A stretch of 42,795 nt of DNA, from contig CAYWNP010000004.1 in assembly GCA_964459675.1 (NCBI GenBank), positions 1-42,795 of the forward strand, given 5' to 3'. A program made the position numbers and the translations under genes. Under the pieces are notes generated by a model that did no database searches, was not told the DNA's origin, and saw nothing but the letters and a program-made list of their open reading frames with translations. Within the stretch, counting starts at the first letter, position 1, and each line of letters begins with the position of its first letter. Source of the DNA: an uncultured Akkermansia sp. GTDB taxonomy: Bacteria > Verrucomicrobiota > Kiritimatiellia > RFP12 > UBA1067. Below, in pieces: positions 24,721 to 32,998 of the stretch.

Positions 24721-24749
24721 ATAATACTGAATTTCTGAATTTCATGCAA
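24721..24749 (-). promoter_or_regulatory. vapBC promoter TTGCAT-17 nt-TATTAT, with a tandem 8-bp repeat in the spacer
   Basis: The minus strand reads TTGCAT (24749-24744) and TATTAT (24726-24721). The spacer holds GAAATTCA twice (plus-strand 24728-24743). The vapB ATG begins 7 nt after the -10, giving a leaderless geometry. Confidence 0.45.
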
Positions 24750-24763
24750 GCTGAAAAGATGAA

Positions 24764-26695
24764 TCACGGTGCAGTGATGCCGAGGCGAAGGACGGGAAGG
24801 ACCTCTTGGCGAAGGGAGGTGTCGAGATCAAAGAGGGCGAAGCCTGCCGCGCCGGCCTTGCGTCCGGCATTGATCTGGTCAATGACCTCTACGGGGGTCA
24901 GACGGCTTTCTGCGGCGGTCACGCCAATCCCTGAGATGATTTTCATGGCCTGCTTGCGCGAACGAGTCTGCATGGAGAGCCATTCATTAAACTTGGTCAT
25001 ATCCTCTGTGTAATTCATCGGAGCGACATAGTCCAGAAGCCCCAGTCGTAGCCAGAGTTCCCAGTCCTGGCCCACAGAATCCACACACGACGGATACTTA
25101 CCAAAAACGGCAGCGGTCAAGAGTTTGCCTTGTGCCTCACGCTTCATCGAACGACGGGAAGACTGCACGAAATCCGTGACCTGATCGGCACGCCAGCGCA
25201 AAAAGGATCGTCTGAGCGTTCCTTCCTTCACCTCCAAGGGCCAAGCTGGGACAGGGGCTTTATGATAAGCCTCGAACGCTTTTTTCACCGAAGGGCCCAA
25301 ACTGGAGGCGAAATCTGGATAACGCACAAAATCGAGGTGAACACCGGCCACCTTATAATTCAAAGCCATCTCGCGAACCGCCTCCAGAAGATAGGTCCGC
25401 GCTTCAGGCACGCATGGATCAATCCAGGGACGCGGCGTGCCATCTGGATTTGTCAGCAACCAACCACGCTGGTGGAAGATATCGAGACGGTCCTGTGTCG
25501 AGCCCGTTGTCGAGAAGCAAAGAAGCCACGCATGAACTCGAATCCCGAGAGGCTTTGCCGCGGCCACGCAGGCAGCAAGCTGATCACCCTGTTCCAGAAA
25601 GACCCGACTGCGGGGAAGCACCGAACTGGCATAATGGGCAAAACCAGGACCTGCTACATTAACATAAATATCTGAAAAGCCGGCATCTTTGAGGAGACGG
25701 CACGTCCGCGGCCAATCCCCAGGATAAAGCCCCATTCCGGAGTGATCCCAGATGGCGCGAATCTCACCCTTCTGAGGCGACTGTAGCAAGCCATAGACAT
25801 CGCACATGCGGCTACGCAACTCAGTTGCCACACACCAAGCTTCATAATACTGGTGATCATCAATCAGGGTTACCGCTTTGGCCTCTGCGCGCAGGACACC
25901 CGCAATTGCAGCTTCGGCACGGGTACGACGGGCAACGTCCTTCACCTTTTTTGCAGCGTCCTGAAGTGGGGGAAGACCACTTGTATTGCACACCTGACGA
26001 GACTGTCTGAGCGTATGGCTCGCTGCTGCGCTCCAGAGTGTGGGATCATAGCTGGCCGTCAATGCAAGCAAGAGCCTGCCTTTGGCCTCGGCATCACCAT
26101 CCGCCAGCAATACATGCGTCATCCAATACCCGCGTGAGGAGACGAGCCAAGCAGGTTCCGAAGACTGAACACCCTTACGATTATGCCACCAGGCAAGAAC
26201 CGTGGACTGTCCAGCAAGAGGTTTTACGAGAAAGAGATTGGAGGAGGTCTGCAGGATCATTTCTGGCGTTCCTTGCGGCGCCCCCTTGACAAAGCGCATC
26301 TGCGACCACCGACCATCCGTAGACCCCTTCTGGTAGCCGACGGTTTGCATGCCCATCAACTTGGCCAGCGCAGGAGAACAGGAGTAACAAACGATCAGTT
26401 TTCCGCCTGCGGCGACAAAATTTGACAAGACCTGCAATTGACGGGGTGTCGGAGAGGAAGCGTAGACTAGGACCGCGACCTTCTTTCCTGCAAGAGCTGT
26501 CGGCAAATCTGTATCGTCCGAGAGTGTACACGGAACGCCCGCCTCCTTGTACCAGCGCTCGACATGTTTGGCCAAGGCCTCAGCAAAGCGACGCTCCGAG
26601 GAGCTGACTGCCTCGTGGGATTGAATAACCGCGACAGGGGTCGCCTGCAAACACTGACATGCTAAACATGCCACAACCAACAAAAAACGTCTCAT
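24764..26695 (-). CDS. Secreted GHL10-type (YngK-like) glycoside-hydrolase-like TIM-barrel protein with an unassigned ~280-aa N-terminal domain
   Basis: Signal peptide MRRFLLVVACLACQCLQA. The C-terminal half matches the GHL10 pattern (IRVHAW..., WIDPCVPEARTYLLEAVREMALNYKVAGVHLDFVRYPD). Confidence 0.7.
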   Translation of the reverse strand: MRRFLLVVACLACQCLQATPVAVIQSHEAVSSSERRFAEALAKHVERWYKEAGVPCTLSDDTDLPTALAGKKVAVLVYASSPTPRQLQVLSNFVAAGGKLIVCYSCSPALAKLMGMQTVGYQKGSTDGRWSQMRFVKGAPQGTPEMILQTSSNLFLVKPLAGQSTVLAWWHNRKGVQSSEPAWLVSSRGYWMTHVLLADGDAEAKGRLLLALTASYDPTLWSAAASHTLRQSRQVCNTSGLPPLQDAAKKVKDVARRTRAEAAIAGVLRAEAKAVTLIDDHQYYEAWCVATELRSRMCDVYGLLQSPQKGEIRAIWDHSGMGLYPGDWPRTCRLLKDAGFSDIYVNVAGPGFAHYASSVLPRSRVFLEQGDQLAACVAAAKPLGIRVHAWLLCFSTTGSTQDRLDIFHQRGWLLTNPDGTPRPWIDPCVPEARTYLLEAVREMALNYKVAGVHLDFVRYPDFASSLGPSVKKAFEAYHKAPVPAWPLEVKEGTLRRSFLRWRADQVTDFVQSSRRSMKREAQGKLLTAAVFGKYPSCVDSVGQDWELWLRLGLLDYVAPMNYTEDMTKFNEWLSMQTRSRKQAMKIISGIGVTAAESRLTPVEVIDQINAGRKAGAAGFALFDLDTSLRQEVLPVLRLGITAP

Positions 26696-26735
26696 CCACG
26701 CTCCTCTTCACGCCCCCGCAGGAGGCCTTCACCTC

Positions 26736-27878
26736 TCAAAAAACTTCCCTGATCACCGCATCACAGACTTCGCGACCCCGCGAAGTCAAGCGCCACCGCA
26801 ACCCCCCACGCTCCACAAGCCCTTGACGTGCACACGCTTCAAGACCTCTTTCCCACGCATCCGCTTTGTCTCCCAATATCGGGAAGCGTATCGCAGCGGC
26901 ATAAGGATCAAACCCTTCACTCAGCCTCAACGCAAAGGTCACGCGCTCTAAAGCATCCTCTGCAGGCTCAAGCGCCTCTTCTTCTCTCGGCGGCAAACTA
27001 TTCTGAAGGACGGAGTCCATGTAATCCGCGAGACTCGAGTTGTTTGTCCAACGCCGAGAGCCCATGCGCGAGGACGCGGCCGGCCCCAACCCCAGAAAGT
27101 CATTGCCTCTCCAGATTCCCACATTGTGTTCACAGGCACACCCCGGTTTCGCATAATTCGAAATCTCGTAACGCTCATACCCAGCACCCTTTAATACGCC
27201 CTCGGTGGCGGCAAGCGTGTCGAGAACAGCATCATCGCCTGGAATGACAACCTTTCCCAGCCCGATCTGATGAGCCATGGGGGTTCCCTCTTCAACACTC
27301 AGCGCATAGACCGACAGATGTGACAATCCTAAGGCCAGTGCCTGTTCTAGAGTCTCCGACCACTCCGCAGCGTGAACACCGGGCAAACCCACGATCAAAT
27401 CAATACCTATATTCTCAAAACCTTGATTTTTCGCCATACGAACTGCGTCGAGTGCGTCCTGCATCGAATGCCGCCGTCCGATCCGTTGAAGGGTTTGATC
27501 GCAAAAGCTCTGAACGCCGATACTGAGACGATTCACACCCATCTCTCGCAAAGCAGAGAGCATCTCCTCATCCATGTGAGCCGGGCTCATCTCAACCGTC
27601 CACTCTTTGATCTCGCGGAGCGGGAAGATCTGATTGATGCCATTCACAAGGCTCTTGATCCCCTCCACGCCCAGCATCGCAGGCGTCCCGCCGCCCATGT
27701 AGACCGTCTCTAGCTTTTCCTGGTGAAAATCAGGAAACGCTGACATCCGTAACTGCGACTCCAATTTGGGGAGCTCGGGATAAATAGCGACCAAGTGTGT
27801 CTGGGCCATGACTGAGTAGAAGCCACAGTAGAAACACTTACCTTGACAAAAAGGGACATGTACGTAGAGATGTTTCAC
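26736..27878 (-). CDS. hemW: Radical SAM heme chaperone HemW (HemN-like)
   Basis: LYVHVPFCQGKCFYCGF radical-SAM cluster, GGGTP motif, and a HemN_C-like C-terminus. Confidence 0.85.
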   Translation of the reverse strand: MKHLYVHVPFCQGKCFYCGFYSVMAQTHLVAIYPELPKLESQLRMSAFPDFHQEKLETVYMGGGTPAMLGVEGIKSLVNGINQIFPLREIKEWTVEMSPAHMDEEMLSALREMGVNRLSIGVQSFCDQTLQRIGRRHSMQDALDAVRMAKNQGFENIGIDLIVGLPGVHAAEWSETLEQALALGLSHLSVYALSVEEGTPMAHQIGLGKVVIPGDDAVLDTLAATEGVLKGAGYERYEISNYAKPGCACEHNVGIWRGNDFLGLGPAASSRMGSRRWTNNSSLADYMDSVLQNSLPPREEEALEPAEDALERVTFALRLSEGFDPYAAAIRFPILGDKADAWERGLEACARQGLVERGGLRWRLTSRGREVCDAVIREVF

Positions 27879-27881
27879 AAT

Positions 27882-28376
27882 TTATAGCGTTGCATTTAAC
27901 TGCGCGTTGGCTGCAACGACCTTCCGCTTCATTTCGTCTTTGTAGGCGTGGAACTTTTGACGCAACGCAGCATCAGCCGTTCCCAGGATCTGCACGGCCA
28001 GAAGCGCCGCATTGGTTGAATTGCTGATGCCCACCGTCGCAACGGGTATCCCACTGGGCATCTGTACGGTTGAATAGAGCGCGTCCTGTCCATTGAGGGG
28101 ACCGCCGCCTACAGGGATGCCAATGACAGGAAGCACGGTATGCGCTGCGAGCACTCCCCCGAGATGGGCAGCAAGTCCAGCAGCAGCGATGATAACCTTC
28201 AAACCACGAGCCTCCGCTGTTCCCGAATATTCAAAAGCGAGATCAGGCGTCCGATGAGCAGACATCACCCTCACCTCATAAGGTACTCCAAACGATTTGA
28301 GTGTATCAGCAGCCTTTTGAACTAACGGCCAATCCGAATCACTCCCCATGACAATCCCAACAAGTGGTTGCGACAT
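27882..28376 (-). CDS. purE: N5-carboxyaminoimidazole ribonucleotide mutase
   Basis: VGIVMGSDSDW, AHRTP, AGLAAHLGG motifs. ATG 28376 is preferred because AGGAG lies 7 nt upstream, inside the listed extension that starts at 28391. Confidence 0.9.
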   Translation of the reverse strand: MSQPLVGIVMGSDSDWPLVQKAADTLKSFGVPYEVRVMSAHRTPDLAFEYSGTAEARGLKVIIAAAGLAAHLGGVLAAHTVLPVIGIPVGGGPLNGQDALYSTVQMPSGIPVATVGISNSTNAALLAVQILGTADAALRQKFHAYKDEMKRKVVAANAQLNATL

Positions 28377-28529
28377 AATAAATCTCCTCATATAGGTTTA
28401 AAGCTACCCGAAGTATAGCGAATTTTTGATAAGGCCTCAACACCTCATTTTAAACCCGAAACGAAATTTTAAACCCCTGCACCCGTCTACTCGACAAGTC
28501 AGGCCGAATATGGTAAATTAAAGGGAATT

Positions 28530-29486
28530 ATGAATACACCCTCTTCTTTTTCCGCAGCGGGGAACGCTTGGGAGCGCACCTGCAAACTTCTCTTCAAACC
28601 CTTTGACATTGGCCGCTGGTTTACCATCGGCTTTTCTGCTTGGTTAGCGATGATTGGCAGTGGTGGCAACTTTCCAGACATCAGCAAATTTTTTGACAAA
28701 AAAGAGAAGCTTTCGCTGGATGAGTTCTTCACTGTTTTTCAGACCCCCTGGGTGATCGGCCTGGTCGTGGGGTTCATGACCGTTGCGCTCCTGTTGGGCA
28801 TCCTTTTTTGCTGGTTGAGATCACGGGGCGACTTTATGTTTGTTCACCATCTCTATCAACCCAACAGCGCCATCAAAGACTGCTGGCAGCGCTCAAAGCA
28901 ACACGCACAATCTCTGTTCCAATGGCGGATTGCCTTTTTTCTCATCGCCGTCGTGCTCTTTATAGCCCAGGCCTATCTGGTTTGGGAACAATTGATTCAG
29001 CCCTATATGCAAGCGGATAACACGTGGTCCTCTGCACTGAACAAGCCTCTCTTTATCCATATCATCGTCTTTGTCATCTGGGCGATTGCCGTGAATGTGA
29101 TGGTCGTCTTTCTAAAAGACTTTGTTGTCCCCATCATGTACTGGCGGAATTGCTCAGCCTCCACGGGATGGACCACGGTCTTAGCCCTCTGCAATGAACA
29201 TCCCTTCTCGGTTATTGGATACCTGCTGGCGATGATTTTATTCGGTTTTATCGGCGGTTTGGCGATCATCTTGATTGTTATCTGCACATGCTGCACGGCC
29301 CTTATTCCGCTTATCCTGCCCTACATTTCAGCAGTGGCGCTCCTCCCCTACTACCTCTTCTTCCGTGCCTACCCGATCTACTTCCTCTCCCAGTGGAGGC
29401 CTGACCTCGTTCCGGCTCCAGCCGAGGAAGCCGTTGCGGTTGTTGTGGATATTGCTGTTCCTCAAGGACCCACCTTCAGCGTTTAA
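28530..29486 (+). CDS. Hypothetical multi-pass membrane protein
   Basis: 318-aa ORF with about 6-7 hydrophobic segments and a CTCC motif in a TM helix. I recognise no catalytic motif. Confidence 0.6.
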   Translation: MNTPSSFSAAGNAWERTCKLLFKPFDIGRWFTIGFSAWLAMIGSGGNFPDISKFFDKKEKLSLDEFFTVFQTPWVIGLVVGFMTVALLLGILFCWLRSRGDFMFVHHLYQPNSAIKDCWQRSKQHAQSLFQWRIAFFLIAVVLFIAQAYLVWEQLIQPYMQADNTWSSALNKPLFIHIIVFVIWAIAVNVMVVFLKDFVVPIMYWRNCSASTGWTTVLALCNEHPFSVIGYLLAMILFGFIGGLAIILIVICTCCTALIPLILPYISAVALLPYYLFFRAYPIYFLSQWRPDLVPAPAEEAVAVVVDIAVPQGPTFSV

Positions 29487-29491
29487 TCGTC

Positions 29492-31045
29492 ATGCGTTTT
29501 ATCACTCCAGACCAGATGCGTGCGGCAGATGAGCTCGCCGTGAAAAAACTAGCTGTTCCCTCCATGTTGCTCATGCGACGTGCAGGGATTGCTGTGGCAC
29601 GCACCGCATGCATGCTTGCAAAAATCCAGTCTACCCGCAAAATCATTCTCGTCGCCGGTCATGGCAACAATGGGGGCGACATCTGTATTGCAGCCCGTTG
29701 CCTACATGAAGACGGATTCAATGTACAGGTTCTGCTCACGAGCGTCCCTGCACAACTTAGGGGTGACGCCCATGCAGCGTGGGACGAGATGCGCGTCACA
29801 GGCGTTCCGTATACCGTCCTTGGCGCTGCTTCAAGCTGGGACGACCCTGACAGCGTCGCCGTTGACCTCATGGGACGTCCCTGTATCTTGGTAGACGGCC
29901 TGCTCGGAACGGGTTGCGTCGGTGCTCCCACTGGAGTTGCCAAGAGGGCCATCCAATGGATGAATCAGATGCGTGCCGTGGCGACGATCCTCTCTGCGGA
30001 TCTTCCGTCGGGCATGAATGGCGAGACAGGAACGGTGGAGGGCGAATGTGTTCGTGCGGATGTGACCGTCTCCTTCGCTCGTCCCAAAACCTGTTTTCTA
30101 AACGACAAGACAGCCCACGTTGTCGGACATCTCTCCGTTGTGAACATCGGCATCCCTCCCGAACTATGCGATGTTGGCCAACCCACGTCACCTGTCGAAT
30201 TGATTGCGCTCCCTGAATTAACACGGGCCTTTCCATCCCCCTCGTGGACAGCCCACAAGGGGCAACTTGGACACGTTCTGATCCTCGGTGGCTCGCCAAC
30301 CTATCCCCACGCGCCCGTCCTCTCTGCCCTGGGAGCCTTAAAGAGTGGCGCAGGACTCGTTACCCTCTCCGTGCCAACCGCCAGCGCAGCAGCAGCGGCC
30401 CACTGGACACCCGAGGCCATTTTGCGTATTCGCGATACGGTGACTGACCTCGCGGACCTCCCGAAGGCCGATGTGATCATTGCAGGCCCTGGGCTCTCTC
30501 AAGGACCTACAACTATCGCGCTGATCGAAAGACTTCTCGCCACCTCCACCGCACGGTTAGTCATTGATGCAGATGGGCTTCACGCCCTTGCACACCTGAG
30601 ACGCCTAGCTGGATGGAAACCTTACAGCAACCTTATCCTGACACCTCACCCTGGCGAAGCGGCTATTCTTTTGGAAACCACCGTTGAGGCCATTCAGCAG
30701 GATCGCCTCACGGCTGTTCGGACATTGGCAGACCAGTATCAAGCCACTGTTGTTCTAAAAGGTGCAGGCACTCTGGTCTGTAAGCCAGAAGGTACGCCTT
30801 GGCTCAATCGAACCGGAAATCCTGGCATGGCCAGTGGCGGCATGGGCGATATCCTTGCCGGTATTATAGCTGCACGCTGGGCACAATCCCCTGATGCCTT
30901 GGCAGCTGCCTGCACGGGTGTGTGGGTTCACGGAACCGCGGGTGATATCGCGGCGCTCAAACAAGGCCAGCCCTCACTCACCGCAACAACGCTTGCCCAG
31001 AATCTCCCCGATGCTTTTCAAAGGCTGACCTCCGGCACCTATTAA
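29492..31045 (+). CDS. nnr: Bifunctional NAD(P)H-hydrate repair enzyme (epimerase / ADP-dependent dehydratase)
   Basis: YjeF_N domain (GHGNNGGDI) fused to a carbohydrate-kinase-like domain (HKGQLGHVLILGGS..., GMASGGMGDILAG). Confidence 0.85.
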   Translation: MRFITPDQMRAADELAVKKLAVPSMLLMRRAGIAVARTACMLAKIQSTRKIILVAGHGNNGGDICIAARCLHEDGFNVQVLLTSVPAQLRGDAHAAWDEMRVTGVPYTVLGAASSWDDPDSVAVDLMGRPCILVDGLLGTGCVGAPTGVAKRAIQWMNQMRAVATILSADLPSGMNGETGTVEGECVRADVTVSFARPKTCFLNDKTAHVVGHLSVVNIGIPPELCDVGQPTSPVELIALPELTRAFPSPSWTAHKGQLGHVLILGGSPTYPHAPVLSALGALKSGAGLVTLSVPTASAAAAAHWTPEAILRIRDTVTDLADLPKADVIIAGPGLSQGPTTIALIERLLATSTARLVIDADGLHALAHLRRLAGWKPYSNLILTPHPGEAAILLETTVEAIQQDRLTAVRTLADQYQATVVLKGAGTLVCKPEGTPWLNRTGNPGMASGGMGDILAGIIAARWAQSPDALAAACTGVWVHGTAGDIAALKQGQPSLTATTLAQNLPDAFQRLTSGTY

Positions 31046-31065
31046 CGCTCCTCCCCAGACTGCTT

Positions 31066-31473
31066 ATGAACTGTATCTTTTGTAAAATAGTTGACGGCTC
31101 GATTCCTTCTTCAAAAATCTACGAAGATGACCATGTCGTTGCCTTCCTCGACATCAGCCCCTTTGAAAAGGGCCACTTCCTCGTCGTCCCGAAATGCCAC
31201 GTGTCTCTGCTGACTGAACTTTCTGCAGACCTTCTCACGCATACGATTTCAGTTGTGCAGCGGCTATCTGCCCACCTCCTGGAACGTCTGCCCTGCGATG
31301 GCTTTAATCTTCTGCAGAACAATGGGGCCTGCGCCACGCAAACCGTACCGCATGTCCATTTCCATATCATTCCGCGCTTTAACGGGAAGGCCCTCAACTG
31401 GATTTCAGGTGCTTATGCTTCAGGAGAAGAGATGAAGCTTTTTCAAGCACGTTTAGCTGTTAACGAGAAGTGA
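31066..31473 (+). CDS. HIT-family nucleotide hydrolase/transferase
   Basis: N-terminal C.FCKI and histidine triad HVHFHIIPR. Confidence 0.85.
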   Translation: MNCIFCKIVDGSIPSSKIYEDDHVVAFLDISPFEKGHFLVVPKCHVSLLTELSADLLTHTISVVQRLSAHLLERLPCDGFNLLQNNGACATQTVPHVHFHIIPRFNGKALNWISGAYASGEEMKLFQARLAVNEK

Positions 31474-31480
31474 GAGCAAG

Positions 31481-31921
31481 ATGAAACAATCGTTCCAAGA
31501 GATCGTCACAACCATATGCGAAAAGGATAGCCGCTATCAACCCGAAGCGTATGCTTTTCTCATTGAGGCGCTGGACGCAACCATGAAGACGCTCTTTAAA
31601 GAGAATCCTGAACGACCCAAACATCTCTCTGGCAAGGAGCTGATGGAAGGCATTCGACAACATGCTCTCACGGAGTTCGGCCCCATGACCTACACGGTCT
31701 TTAAAGAGTGGGGACTGAATGAAACGTATGATTTTGGAGAGATTGTATTCCATCTCATCGAGGCTGGACGCCTTGGCAAGACCGAAACAGATTCTAAAGA
31801 GGATTTTAGAAACCTCTTCACCTTTGAAGAGGCCTTCCTGAAACCCTTTGAACCCAACTCAACCACATCACCCACGAAACGTAAAAAGACAAGCCGTCCT
31901 TCCGACGACTTTCCCTTTTAA
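31481..31921 (+). CDS. Conserved hypothetical, Minf_1886-type (Planctomycete/Verrucomicrobia-restricted family), recalled from memory
   Basis: 146 aa. Pattern YQPEAYAFLIEALD...HLSGKELMEGIRQHALTEFGPMTYTVFKEWGL...DFGEIVFHLIEAG, then a basic tail. Confidence 0.5.
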   Translation: MKQSFQEIVTTICEKDSRYQPEAYAFLIEALDATMKTLFKENPERPKHLSGKELMEGIRQHALTEFGPMTYTVFKEWGLNETYDFGEIVFHLIEAGRLGKTETDSKEDFRNLFTFEEAFLKPFEPNSTTSPTKRKKTSRPSDDFPF

Positions 31922-31940
31922 AAAAGGAAACTTAAACGCG

Positions 31941-32987
31941 ATGAACAGCATCACCATTCTTCCTGCTCTACGAGCCCTTATGGCCCAAGACCAGAGGCTC
32001 CCCCGCCTCGAACGCATCTCCACCACAACCCAGGTCGTCATCACCCTTCCTGATCCCTGCACCGATGTCGTTGCCACCGTAAAGGCTGCCTTACCGACCG
32101 GAGCGACAGAGGTCACGCTGACAGGTATTGGTTCCTTCCGTGCGATCTTTGATGCCCCAGCGGGGCGCGCCTCGGGCAAGATCGCCGTGGTGACAGGTGG
32201 GGCGCAAGGGTTTGGGTTCGAAATTGCGACAGACCTCGCCAAGCAAGGCGCAACAGTCGTCCTCGCGGACATCAATGCGGAGGGTGTCAAAACAGCCTCT
32301 GAAAAAATCAATGCAGGCTCTGGACGCACAGCCGCCTTTGGCGTGACCATGAACGTGGCAGATGTTGACTCCATCAAGGCTGGATTGGAACAGGTGGTTT
32401 CCACTTTTGGCGGGGTTGACCTCTTTGTGGCAAATGCTGGCGTGCTGCGGGCAGGTAGCGTAAAGGACCTCACAGTCAAGGATCTTGATTTCGTAACCAA
32501 CGTGAACTACAAAGGTTATTTTCTCTGCGTGCAAGCCGTTGCGCCCATTTTCGCCCTTCAGCATCAGGCTTTACCTGATATCTGGTTTGACATCATTCAG
32601 ATTAACAGTAAGTCTGGACTGGTGGGCTCCAACAAGAATGGCGCCTACGCCGGTTCCAAGTTTGGGGGCATCGGACTCACCCAAAGCTTCGCCATGGAAT
32701 TGGTCGAGGACGGCGTCAAGGTCAACTCCATCTGTCCGGGCAATTTCTATGACGGACCGCTCTGGGCTGATCCGGAAAAGGGCCTCTTCCGCCAGTATCT
32801 GGACAGTGGCAAGGTGCCAGGCGCCAAAACCTTTGAAGACGTCAAGCGCTTCTATGAAGCCAAGGTTCCGATGCGCCGAGGCTGCACAACGCCTGACGTG
32901 ATGAAGGCCATCTATTACCTCATGGAACAAACCTACGAGACTGGCCAGGCCATCCCCGTCACGGGCGGCCAAGTCATGCTCGCATAG
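31941..32987 (+). CDS. SDR-family oxidoreductase, sorbitol-6-phosphate dehydrogenase-like, with ~95-aa N-terminal extension
   Basis: VVTGGAQGFG Rossmann motif, YAGSKFGG catalytic YxxxK, and a C-terminal KVPMRRGCT...TGQAIPVTGGQVM like GutD. ATG 31941 is preferred over the listed 31848. Confidence 0.75.
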   Translation: MNSITILPALRALMAQDQRLPRLERISTTTQVVITLPDPCTDVVATVKAALPTGATEVTLTGIGSFRAIFDAPAGRASGKIAVVTGGAQGFGFEIATDLAKQGATVVLADINAEGVKTASEKINAGSGRTAAFGVTMNVADVDSIKAGLEQVVSTFGGVDLFVANAGVLRAGSVKDLTVKDLDFVTNVNYKGYFLCVQAVAPIFALQHQALPDIWFDIIQINSKSGLVGSNKNGAYAGSKFGGIGLTQSFAMELVEDGVKVNSICPGNFYDGPLWADPEKGLFRQYLDSGKVPGAKTFEDVKRFYEAKVPMRRGCTTPDVMKAIYYLMEQTYETGQAIPVTGGQVMLA

Positions 32988-32998
32988 CACACTTTATT

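Noticed and set aside
31868-32500. 210-aa ORF antisense to the SDR gene
   Set aside because: It is a shadow ORF with no motifs.
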